A DNA stretch of 64,000 nucleotides. It comes from a virus. Numbering within the stretch: the first letter of the stretch is position 1; the number at the start of each line of letters is the position of its first letter. Positions 49,971 to 58,060 of this stretch are shown here, piece by piece. The position numbers and the translations under genes were made by a program. The stretch is taken from IMG/VR virus record IMGVR_UViG_3300042691_038490, positions 1 through 64,000 of that record; one strand, written 5' to 3'. The notes under the pieces were generated by a model that saw only the letters and a program-made list of their open reading frames with translations, had not been told where the DNA came from and ran no database searches.

Positions 49971-50045
49971 GAATCTCGTTGATAGTCAATGACTTACGCG
50001 GCGAAAGTCCCCGCCGCTGTAACTACTTAATACTCAACAACTTAT
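49971..50045. repeat. Phased 75-bp element R8
   Basis: TCGTTGATAGTCAATGACTTAC + GCGGCGAAAGTCCCCGCCGCT (21 nt) + GTAACTACTTAATACTCAACAACTTAT. Confidence 0.9.
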
Positions 50046-50444
50046 AAAAATTAAATTATTCTTCTGATTCTTTCCAATTAGGATGCGCTTTAGCCCATTT
50101 AACAAAAACAACTTCGAGCTCTGCTAAGTACTTATCTATTTGAGATATGAGTTTAGGATCTTCATCCTTGAGGATTCTTTTTTCTAGTATTTTACTGATC
50201 CTATTTTCACTTTTCATATATAGTATTTTACAGTGCAGTGAGAAATAATTCAATTATTATTTTTGGGATAAGTGATTTTAGGAAAAAATTATTTTAAATG
50301 TGTAATTATAATTTTCGCTAACTCGATTATTGCTCCCCACGAAATACTTCCCACCATCATTAAAATAAAAATCCAAATAAAATTCTTTTCGTACCATCTC
50401 ACATAAAATGTTTACATAAGAAAAAATCTTTTGGGAAAAATTCT

Positions 50445-50518
50445 CGCTTTCAGCAGGGATCGAACCTGCAACCTACGGATTAGAAATCCGTTGCTCTATC
50501 CAATTGAGCTATGAAAGC
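50445..50518 (-). tRNA. tRNA-Arg(TCT)
   Basis: ACGGA-TT-TCT-AA-TCCGT anticodon arm; canonical D and T loops. Confidence 0.9.
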
Positions 50519-50524
50519 GATATG

Positions 50525-50597
50525 TCGCCTAGGTCGGACTCGAACCGACACTCGAACGATTTTAAGTCGTTTGTCTCTGCCATTGGACTACTAGGCG
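50525..50597 (-). tRNA. tRNA-Leu(TAA), short variable region
   Basis: AACGA-CT-TAA-AA-TCGTT anticodon arm; GGTTCGAGTCC. Confidence 0.85.
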
Positions 50598-50603
50598 GAT
50601 CTT

Positions 50604-50999
50604 TTAGCTGTCAGTATCTAACTTTTCAGCCGAAACTTGTCCGAGAGAATAAGTAGGCTCAATCTGTGCTGTGCGAACAAAATTCTCAACAGGAATCTTG
50701 CTGATAGTATTCTTAACTCGATTCATAACAACCTGCTTCATTCCACCTTTTAGTCCAGTAAACTTTTTACCAAACTTATCTGTCATACCATTCATAACAT
50801 ACTTAAACATCACACGCTCTAACTTCTCAAGGGTAATCCAGAAATAAGCAAAGTCATCTGCCATCCATTGAAGTTCACCATTAGTGCCGCCCCAATTATA
50901 GACGCGATTATGAAATTGCTCGATGCGGTCTTTAGAACCTTTAATTCCAATAACCCAATTTGCTCCGAGGTTTTGTTTGAATAATTTGATTTGTCTCAT
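50604..50999 (-). CDS. Hypothetical protein, three-member paralog family
   Basis: IEQFHNRVYNWGGTNGEL similar to 43266..43685. Confidence 0.7.
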   Translation of the reverse strand: MRQIKLFKQNLGANWVIGIKGSKDRIEQFHNRVYNWGGTNGELQWMADDFAYFWITLEKLERVMFKYVMNGMTDKFGKKFTGLKGGMKQVVMNRVKNTISKIPVENFVRTAQIEPTYSLGQVSAEKLDTDS

Positions 51000-51055
51000 A
51001 GTTTTTTTAGTTTAACAGGGTTTGATTTTTTGTCAAGGGTTTTGTTGAAATTTTT

Positions 51056-51127
51056 TGGACCGCGTAGGACTCGAACCTACAACCAATTGGTTAAAAGCCA
51101 ACTGCTCTACCATTGAGCTAGCAGTCC
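51056..51127 (-). tRNA. tRNA-Lys(TTT)
   Basis: GTTGG-CT-TTT-AA-CCAAT arm; canonical cloverleaf. Confidence 0.9.
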
Positions 51128-51135
51128 GAAAATCT

Positions 51136-51208
51136 TGGGCATACTAGGATTCGAACCTAGGACCAAGGCATTATGAGTGCCCTGCTCTAACCGCTGAGCT
51201 ATACGCCC
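51136..51208 (-). tRNA. tRNA-CAT (probably Ile2, lysidine type; Met not excluded)
   Basis: GGGCA-CT-CAT-AA-TGCCT arm with G1-C72 pair. Confidence 0.85.
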
Positions 51209-51214
51209 AATACT

Positions 51215-51427
51215 TTAACCAGAGCAAATCTCCGTAGGAAATTCGCTAGGTTCGGGAACTAGCTTAAAGGCAACATTAAAAGCCTTGCTGATCCTATAAA
51301 GATCCTGCAAGGAATAAGTGTTCTGCCTTGCTGCTTCTCTGATTCTGCTGTCCATAATATAAGCCCTACGCTCACCAAAGATAACTCTGGTGTAGTAAGG
51401 TGTCCATTGAGGTGTTTTGTTTGTCAT
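51215..51427 (-). CDS. Hypothetical protein
   Basis: Start moved to MTNK, after a TTGACT-N17-TATATT promoter. Confidence 0.55.
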   Translation of the reverse strand: MTNKTPQWTPYYTRVIFGERRAYIMDSRIREAARQNTYSLQDLYRISKAFNVAFKLVPEPSEFPTEICSG

Positions 51428-51505
51428 AGGTTTAATATACAATAGTTTGATAAATAGTCAATAAAAATAATTGGTTAAACATCAAGAGTTTACATATAAT
51501 AAGAT

Positions 51506-51599
51506 TGGTACGAGGGGCAGGATTCGAACCTGCATTTTGCCCAAATCTAGAGCGACCACATTATAAGTGTGGGGTCTTAACCAGTTAGACGACCCTCGC
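51506..51599 (-). tRNA. tRNA-Ile(TAT) with long variable arm and encoded CCA
   Basis: GCGAGGG/CCCTCGT acceptor stem, CCACA-CT-TAT-AA-TGTGG arm, ~22-nt variable region. Confidence 0.8.
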
Positions 51600-51798
51600 A
51601 TCAGCTCCGTAGCTAGTATCGGCCTCCGCTTTTAGGCTTTTCTATCCGAGCCAATCTTTTTAATCACGACCTTCGTGCCGTCTGGCCATGCACGGATAAC
51701 CTTTTTCCAAAAGTCAGCCTCTGCTTCAGCTTCTTTTAGATCGGTGTGCATATCCTCGCTAACACGAATCCCATCACGCAAAACGATATATCTTACAT

Positions 51799-52029
51799 TC
51801 ATTCTTCTACCTCCGCAACGATTTCGTTGTCAAATAATGAGCCACCATCAACCTTGTCGCAAATAACGATGTCATTACTGCCATCATCACCAGCATACAC
51901 GGCACGAAGTTTCCTTACTTGACTATATTCTTTTTTAGTCCATTGACTCTCTGGAACGCCAAGGACTTGCAGAGCCTCGACTCTCTCTGGAGGGATCGCC
52001 TCACCACTTACTGCACAATGATAGGTCAT
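51799..52029 (-). CDS. Hypothetical protein (DksA/TraR zinc-finger-like remnant)
   Basis: C..SGEAIPPERVEAL motif. Confidence 0.55.
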   Translation of the reverse strand: MTYHCAVSGEAIPPERVEALQVLGVPESQWTKKEYSQVRKLRAVYAGDDGSNDIVICDKVDGGSLFDNEIVAEVEE

Positions 52030-52060
52030 AGTTGTGATTGTAATATGTTTTTATATTCTG

Positions 52061-52420
52061 TCAAGCAATTTTGCGGGGACGGCCTCGACCACGCTTTTCA
52101 CCACTAGGCAGAATAGATGTTGCATTGTAGTTTGTTAGTTTCTCCTGCAAATAATCAAAACGCTTGTTAGCATCCTCGATTGAATTGCAAGTGAAAGCCC
52201 AATCACCCCATTGACTATCGCTAGGATACATTTCTGCTGGGGGCATCTTTACCCCTGCGATCTCATATCCATTGTGCTTTTTGATAGCAATAACTTCATA
52301 ATGATAGTTTTCACTTTCGGGGTCATCTAATTGCTTTTTGTAAATAGCGATGTCACCATCACGCTTTACCTGCTGAAGTTTGAATCCCTTGCTAGTAAAA
52401 GATTCTTCAAGAATTTTCAA
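52061..52420 (-). CDS. Hypothetical protein with C-terminal AT-hook
   Basis: YEVI...EMYPSDSQWG..AFT, ending KRGRGRPRK. Confidence 0.65.
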   Translation of the reverse strand: MKILEESFTSKGFKLQQVKRDGDIAIYKKQLDDPESENYHYEVIAIKKHNGYEIAGVKMPPAEMYPSDSQWGDWAFTCNSIEDANKRFDYLQEKLTNYNATSILPSGEKRGRGRPRKIA

Positions 52421-52587
52421 TCTTCACTCCTTCTGGAAGCCAGCCTTTAGGGTCAAGGTTTTCACCCATATAGCCGACTTGAGTTTCTTGTTTAGTTTTA
52501 GGGTCAATAGAAAAGAGAGCATAGCCACCTTCAGCCAGCTTCTTTACTTTAGTGATGTTCATATGATAATTATAGTATGCTTTTAGA

Positions 52588-52929
52588 TTAATTCAAGACA
52601 AAAATATCACGACCAATAACACCTGCCCACTTTGCTTTATATACAGGCTTTTTAGTATCAGAATAAACAAAGCTCTTATACTTATAAGGATTGTAAGTCA
52701 CCTTGCGTTCTAGTTGATCAATAGGCCATCCTTCATCCCTATGCCCACAAACAAATGCGTGAACATTCTTACGCTTCTCTCTAAGAACCCTGGAGCGACC
52801 TGCTTGACTCACTCGAAATTCTACATCTTTCAAAAAGAACTCTGAACTATGCTCTAATACTTTTCCTTTGAGCATAATGCTTAAACAATGTTTATGTAAA
52901 TTGTAATAGACTTTGTGTTTTGCTTTCAC
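52588..52929 (-). CDS. Conserved phage hypothetical protein
   Basis: VYYNLHK...FRVSQAGR.RVLREKRKNVHAFV...YNPYK family. Confidence 0.7.
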   Translation of the reverse strand: MKAKHKVYYNLHKHCLSIMLKGKVLEHSSEFFLKDVEFRVSQAGRSRVLREKRKNVHAFVCGHRDEGWPIDQLERKVTYNPYKYKSFVYSDTKKPVYKAKWAGVIGRDIFVLN

Positions 52930-52969
52930 TCCCTTAACTATAAGATAAATTCTAAAAATGTCAAGAGAT

Positions 52970-53044
52970 ATAAGTGCTTGATAATCAAAGAGTTACGCAA
53001 GCCGAGCCCCCGCATGCGTAAATCCTTGGTAGTCAATGACTTAT
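52970..53044. repeat. Phased 75-bp element R9
   Basis: ATAAGTGCTTGATAATCAAAGAGTTAC + 21 nt + GTAAATCCTTGGTAGTCAATGACTTAT. Confidence 0.9.
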
Positions 53045-53062
53045 AATCCATCAAATCTAAGC

Positions 53063-53091
53063 AAAAAAATGCGAGGGGGTTTGCCCCTCGC
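53063..53091 (-). terminator. Rho-independent terminator after DUF932 gene
   Basis: GCGAGGGG/CCCCTCGC stem plus T7 tract on the minus strand. Confidence 0.8.
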
Positions 53092-53114
53092 ACTTGTTAA
53101 GGTTTCGTTTTAGT

Positions 53115-53972
53115 TTAGGCGACCAGTTTCAAGAGGTCTTCGTCACGAGTTTTGCCCGAGAAGACTTTGAGTAGGTCACGGTTGACTCGCTCGCTGTACT
53201 CGTAGCGCTCTTGCGAGACATTGCGAGTAAGGAATTGCGTTGCCGCATTGTAGAGGTTGTACAGATTGCGATCCGTATCCTCCTCGTACTGCGGATTGCG
53301 CCAAACAGCCTCGATCCCTTCGCGCACCTTGCCAGAGATAACGTCTTTCTCTTCCAGCTTGGTGAGCAGGTTCAAGCCCTGTTCGTCAGTGAGCGCCCGT
53401 TGCGCCAGTTTGTTGAAAACTTGCGCTTGAGACTCAACGCTATCACACGCACGAGCCAACGCATCACCAACAAAGTCCAGATTGACCGCAAGCGTGTGGC
53501 GCTTAGTCATGCTGAACTCCTTGGAGAGCGAGGTCATGCCGTTGGTGCAAACGAGACGCAGGAAGCCTAGGGACAACGAAACACGGCAGGAGCGGTCATA
53601 ACTATTGTTAACGACCAGTCGCAAGCCGAGAATGTCACCCTTGGCGCGCTTGCCCATGGGCTTCAACTCCGTTTTGAAATCGGGGAAGTCATAGGAAGCG
53701 TAGAAGCGAGAACCGTCACGCACAACAAACTTCTTCGAATTGTAATTCGAGAGCTTGCCATGAGTGGCGAGGTTGCTTTCCACCATCTCGATGAGGTCTG
53801 CATTCTTCACCACACCATACTGCTCGGTGCAAACTCCGAGCGTAATGGGTTCGGCGGTGTCACGGCGCACCATGCCGAAGTATCCTGTCCTCTTGCCGTC
53901 AGTTGTGAGGAGTGGCTCTTGATGTACATCAAAATCGTATACATCTTGAGCGGGTTTGGTTGTTCTAGCCAT
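53115..53972 (-). CDS. DUF932/DUF945-family protein
   Basis: LGVC..QY.VVKN, NSYDRS, GFLRLVCTNGM, KRHT and NLYNLYNAATQ. Confidence 0.8.
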   Translation of the reverse strand: MARTTKPAQDVYDFDVHQEPLLTTDGKRTGYFGMVRRDTAEPITLGVCTEQYGVVKNADLIEMVESNLATHGKLSNYNSKKFVVRDGSRFYASYDFPDFKTELKPMGKRAKGDILGLRLVVNNSYDRSCRVSLSLGFLRLVCTNGMTSLSKEFSMTKRHTLAVNLDFVGDALARACDSVESQAQVFNKLAQRALTDEQGLNLLTKLEEKDVISGKVREGIEAVWRNPQYEEDTDRNLYNLYNAATQFLTRNVSQERYEYSERVNRDLLKVFSGKTRDEDLLKLVA

Positions 53973-54070
53973 AGATTAATAGTACCACACTTTTATAATC
54001 TGACAAGATTTTTTTTCATGTCAGAAGATAATGGCCTTAAAGGTTTTACGTAATGTGAATAACTTTTTTT

Positions 54071-54145
54071 AAAAGGTGTTGAATATCAACGACTTACGCG
54101 CGCGGGGGGCGCGCCCCTATAACTCCTTAATAATAAGCAACTTAC
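54071..54145. repeat. Phased 75-bp element R10
   Basis: TGTTGAATATCAACGACTTAC + GCGCGCGGGGGGCGCGCCCCT (21 nt) + ATAACTCCTTAATAATAAGCAACTTAC. Confidence 0.9.
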
Positions 54146-54601
54146 TTAAACCACACTAAATTTAATATTATTCTTTCTGTACTCTCTTACTTTCCTCATA
54201 GCATATAAAGAGGCATCTACTTCACTTAATTTAGCTCTAGTTCCCATGTTATATTTTCTTATTTTCTTAACTCCATGATAAAATTTCCTTTTCTTGTATT
54301 GCCAAATATGTCTTACTTCATGGGCAATTAATTCAATTAATGATTCTTCCCAGCTATAAGTTTTAACAGGTAAATATCCCCTCATACCACCGCTAATATA
54401 TGGCTTAATATACTTTGAATAAGCTGGAACAGCAATATGCGCCCTCATGCTTCCACTCCAAGCCCTACCATGCCAACCTAATTTAGTATTACCAAAATCT
54501 ATTTTTCGGATATCTTTAAGGTGCAACCCTTGGGGCAAGCACCATTTAACCATCTCTTTTAATTTATCTGAACATAATTTAGTAGTGTTGATGAGCTTCA
54601 T
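54146..54601 (-). CDS. Zincin-like metallopeptidase
   Basis: LIAHEVRHIWQ HExxH motif and downstream E.DA. Confidence 0.65.
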   Translation of the reverse strand: MKLINTTKLCSDKLKEMVKWCLPQGLHLKDIRKIDFGNTKLGWHGRAWSGSMRAHIAVPAYSKYIKPYISGGMRGYLPVKTYSWEESLIELIAHEVRHIWQYKKRKFYHGVKKIRKYNMGTRAKLSEVDASLYAMRKVREYRKNNIKFSVV

Positions 54602-54816
54602 ACTCTCAACTATAATCTAAATTAATCTAAAGTCAATTAATATCTGGCGGTAATTACAGGATGTCCTTCGTCTAAAACATCACAGGATTCATCAGTAAAT
54701 AATAAAGTGGCTCTACGATATTCGTTATCAGTATCTATAATAGTAATATCACTATTTAATTGGCTCTCATTCATATTCTTAAGTTTATTTAAGAGGTCTC
54801 TATAAGTATTTGTCAT

Positions 54817-55062
54817 TTAATTAAATATCCTATATTGTTTAGCGGCCTTAATTAATTTTTTTCTAATACTCTCATTATTAACATTAACTGTTCCGCCCCA
54901 TTCTATTTTCTTTATTTCTCTGCCACATATTTCATTATTTCCATCAAAGGATTCAACAACATAGTATTTATTATCACCTATTTGGAAATCATAGGATATT
55001 TTAACATTTCTAGATATTAAATTAACATCAGCTTTAGAAGATGCGGGATGTGTTAGGCTCAT
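54817..55062 (-). CDS. Hypothetical protein
   Basis: ATG follows a TTGACT...TATAGT promoter. Confidence 0.55.
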   Translation of the reverse strand: MSLTHPASSKADVNLISRNVKISYDFQIGDNKYYVVESFDGNNEICGREIKKIEWGGTVNVNNESIRKKLIKAAKQYRIFN

Positions 55063-55381
55063 ATATTTACTATATATTAAATTCTTATTTAGTCAATTTA
55101 TTTTTCTTCTTTTTCTTATCAGACTTAAGCCACTCTTTAGACCATTGAATAAAGATCTTATAGTTATTCTTTTTACCTTTTTGATGTCCAAAGCGAAAGC
55201 TCATATTATTTCCAGTCTAAAACAAAATGATTTTTAAGATTTTCCGCTAGTTCTTTTGCTTTTTGTTCATTTTCTGCTTCTACTTGAAGATATGCAGAAC
55301 ACATTTTTTCTACTTTAACAAAATACATCTTTTTATGTAAGAACCTTTCAATCTCATCTGATGGTGCAATTCCGCTAAAAT

Positions 55382-55609
55382 TCATTTTGCTTCTTGTATA
55401 TTATTTACTTTGTTTTCTATTTGCTCTAGCAGAGCAGGATCTAGAATTGTAAAGCCTTCCTGTGTTTGCAGGTAAGCATCAATAATAGTATAGTCCTCAT
55501 CAATGTGTTCTTTATATACTATATTATCATTATATCCTTCTGCTTCAATAACATAAGTATCTACTGTTATTGTCTGGGACTTTTTGCTAATTATTTTAAT
55601 ATCACTCAT
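55382..55609 (-). CDS. Hypothetical acidic protein
   Basis: ORF in early operon. Confidence 0.55.
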   Translation of the reverse strand: MSDIKIISKKSQTITVDTYVIEAEGYNDNIVYKEHIDEDYTIIDAYLQTQEGFTILDPALLEQIENKVNNIQEAK

Positions 55610-55611
55610 AA

Positions 55612-55812
55612 TTAAAGTTTAACCCAAGTTGCGCCAATTCCTTTGAGGAAACTCCTTACGCTCTTGTAAGTTGTCCAATAGCTAGACTCATCACAAGGAG
55701 GATTGATTCTACGAGCTTTCCAAACCTTCTTGCGGTGATAGGATTTAATCCTGTCGCCAAAGAGGTATGGGTTGTAATTCGTGACTGCCATAACTTCATA
55801 ATGTGGGTTCAT
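55612..55812 (-). CDS. Hypothetical protein
   Basis: ATG follows a TTGACA-N17-TATATT promoter. Confidence 0.55.
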   Translation of the reverse strand: MNPHYEVMAVTNYNPYLFGDRIKSYHRKKVWKARRINPPCDESSYWTTYKSVRSFLKGIGATWVKL

Positions 55813-55916
55813 TCTATGAATATACCCTAGATTAATTTATTGTCAATAGTGATTCAAATAAATATAAATAGCCGCAAAAGCTATAATAAGAAAAGATAAT
55901 ATTGTATCGCCAGTAA

Positions 55917-56120
55917 TCATTTCTTTGTTTCTCCAAAATAGATATAATGATATTTACCAGTATAATCTTTATGTATAGAGTATAGTCTACCTTGTCTGAC
56001 TTCGTGCTGGGGACAGCATCTAGTATGAATATCCTCTGCTCTTGCAAGTGGAGCAATAACCCCATACATCACAAGCATAAGAGCCCAAAACAATAAGAAC
56101 TTAACTATCATTTCGCTCAT
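55917..56120 (-). CDS. Small membrane/secreted protein
   Basis: N-terminal hydrophobic helix. Confidence 0.5.
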   Translation of the reverse strand: MSEMIVKFLLFWALMLVMYGVIAPLARAEDIHTRCCPQHEVRQGRLYSIHKDYTGKYHYIYFGETKK

Positions 56121-56186
56121 ATAATTTGTATATTAGACTATCATAGCAAATAATATCTTTGAATCTTAGAATCTCTAGACTAAAGC

Positions 56187-56390
56187 TCACGCCTCGTCCT
56201 CATCATCAGATTCAATATTAATAATATCAAAGTGATAATCAACTTCATCGAAGTTAGCATCGCAATCTTCTGCTCGCTCTAGTGCAAGCTCCTCTGCTTC
56301 TGCTAGAGTCTCTGCCTCGACTTCGATCTCAGCTTCGGCGATTTGATTTCTTTGAATTGTGATTGTGTATTTTTTTAAGGTGTCGCTCAT
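56187..56390 (-). CDS. Small acidic protein (DpnD/PcfM-like)
   Basis: KKYTITI...IEVEAETLAEAEELA pattern. Confidence 0.55.
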   Translation of the reverse strand: MSDTLKKYTITIQRNQIAEAEIEVEAETLAEAEELALERAEDCDANFDEVDYHFDIINIESDDEDEA

Positions 56391-56657
56391 AATCTAAATA
56401 TACTGGAAATTCTTTTGATGTCAAGTCCTTGTGATCTGTTCCAGGATAACGACTTACCAATTCTGCTTTAAAAAAGTCTGCTTCGAATCCTGTCACATCT
56501 TTGATAGCTTGAGCGCCTCTGCAATTTAGATTACCAAAACCTATATCAGCTTTGTATTTACTTAAGTCTACTATAATACTATTTGGCAAAGTGCCATTAA
56601 TAATGCCGTTGGGTTGTTTGTATTTGATATCGTATAATCTGTATTTCATATTTAATG

Positions 56658-56729
56658 AGCCAGAAATCGGATTCGAACCGATGACCTACGGTTTACAAAA
56701 CCGTTGCACTACCGCTGTGCTATTCTGGC
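56658..56729 (-). tRNA. tRNA-Thr(TGT)
   Basis: ACGGT-TT-TGT-AA-ACCGT arm; GGTTCGAATCC. Confidence 0.9.
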
Positions 56730-56760
56730 AACTTGCCCTGTATTTAATATTATTAAAGGA

Positions 56761-56958
56761 TTATTTCTTTTTGTCAAGAATATTCTCTTCATTTACCCAT
56801 TGAGCATAAACTAAATCAACATAAATATAATATCTAATAGAATAATCCCAATTGTATTTTGCTTCTCTTATATCTGTTATTTCACCGGTAGCTTGTTCAT
56901 TTTTATACTTACAAAAGAATAATACTTTATCGCCTATTTTATATTTTGGTTTGTTCAT
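56761..56958 (-). CDS. Small SH3/KOW-like protein
   Basis: PKYKIGDKV...GEITDI. Confidence 0.5.
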   Translation of the reverse strand: MNKPKYKIGDKVLFFCKYKNEQATGEITDIREAKYNWDYSIRYYIYVDLVYAQWVNEENILDKKK

Positions 56959-57070
56959 AGACCAATTAGATATTTAGCAATAGCAAATATTATGATACCA
57001 ATAATTAAAGTATAAACGTATTCCATACCATCTTTCACACCTAAAATTACACTAAAATAAAAAGAAAAAT

Positions 57071-57416
57071 ATGGTTTCGGCGACACCAAAAAACGCTCAC
57101 AGGATATATGGTTACAGCAGGGTTCCGCTTTGCTATAACGTCCAATCTGTGATCTTCTGCGGAAAGCTTTCCACTAGCATTTCAGCACCCTAATGTGCAT
57201 CTCGTCTAGTGATTCGGTTAGTACAACCATTTTCTATTGAGGGATCATCCACGGCTCGCCAAATACGAGGCGATATTTATTCCTTGGTTTGGGTTGGATA
57301 ACCCTTAATTAACCCCCATTGATATCAAAGAACTGCGGGGGACGAAGGTCCAATAGGAGATCAACCCTACCATAACCTTCATTACATCCTCTCGCACCCG
57401 AGAGTTTGCCCCGCAT
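57071..57416 (-). ncRNA. Candidate structured non-coding RNA(s)
   Basis: GC-elevated segment lacking a long ORF, downstream of a TTGACG-N17-TAATAT promoter, with several nested stems. Confidence 0.45.
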
Positions 57417-57706
57417 AATTATATATTAATTGTTTTTTTATTTTTCGTCAAGTTTTTTTTCTACATCACCCACTCCCAATAGATCGCCAAGCAAAGCCCC
57501 GAAAAAATTAAAACAATCTCCATATGATAAATTTTTCTCCATTTCTTTTTTGCTCATACAAGTATTATACATCAAATACAATATTTTGTAGAACAGTTTT
57601 TTTTAAAACAGCGGAAGTTTTTCGATACTTCCAAACGATTCACTTATTACGGAAGTGACCACCGATGACCTCACCATCACCTCACACAACAAATCTAAAT
57701 GAGAGT

Positions 57707-58060
57707 CTATGCTGGATTTAATTCCACATCAAGTTTCTTTGTTTTGCCCATCCAACTTTCTGGCATAATATTCTTAAACCAGTCTTGCATAGAGGGGATT
57801 CGTCCCAAATCTTCCATCACGTGTTGTTCGCCAATCCAGCGAGTAGGAATAAGTTTGCCGTTAGTGGATAGTCTGATCGTGTGACCAAATATCCTCTCAC
57901 ACATAAATATTCCCTCTGCGTGATGTCGCAAAGCTCTGTGGCGAAAATCTGCCATCATCATTTTGCTCTCATCAAACCAATCGTGAATAGCTTGATAATC
58001 TGATGGAACTCCACCCCACTTCTTGACCGAGGACAACGAGTGATGATAAGGATTAGCCAT
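57707..58060 (-). CDS. DUF6915-like protein
   Basis: PYHHSLSSVKKWGG..DY.AIHDWFDESK...RHRALRHHAEGIF...GEQHV.EDLG. Confidence 0.7.
   Translation of the reverse strand: MANPYHHSLSSVKKWGGVPSDYQAIHDWFDESKMMMADFRHRALRHHAEGIFMCERIFGHTIRLSTNGKLIPTRWIGEQHVMEDLGRIPSMQDWFKNIMPESWMGKTKKLDVELNPA

Noticed and set aside
44636-54145. CRISPR array or mini-arrays
   Set aside because: Repeats come only in pairs separated by genes and are degenerate. The 21-nt spacers resemble each other and are GC-biased. No cas genes are visible.
44636-54145. Simple rho-independent terminators or integron attC sites
   Set aside because: No consistent U-tracts, and separate true terminators exist nearby (49619, 53063). There are no RYYYAAC/GTTRRRY ends and no integrase in the window.
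57071-57330. tmRNA, RNase P RNA or group I intron
   Set aside because: No T-arm GGTTCGA before the 3' ACCA, no GAGGAAAGTCC core and no interrupted host gene.
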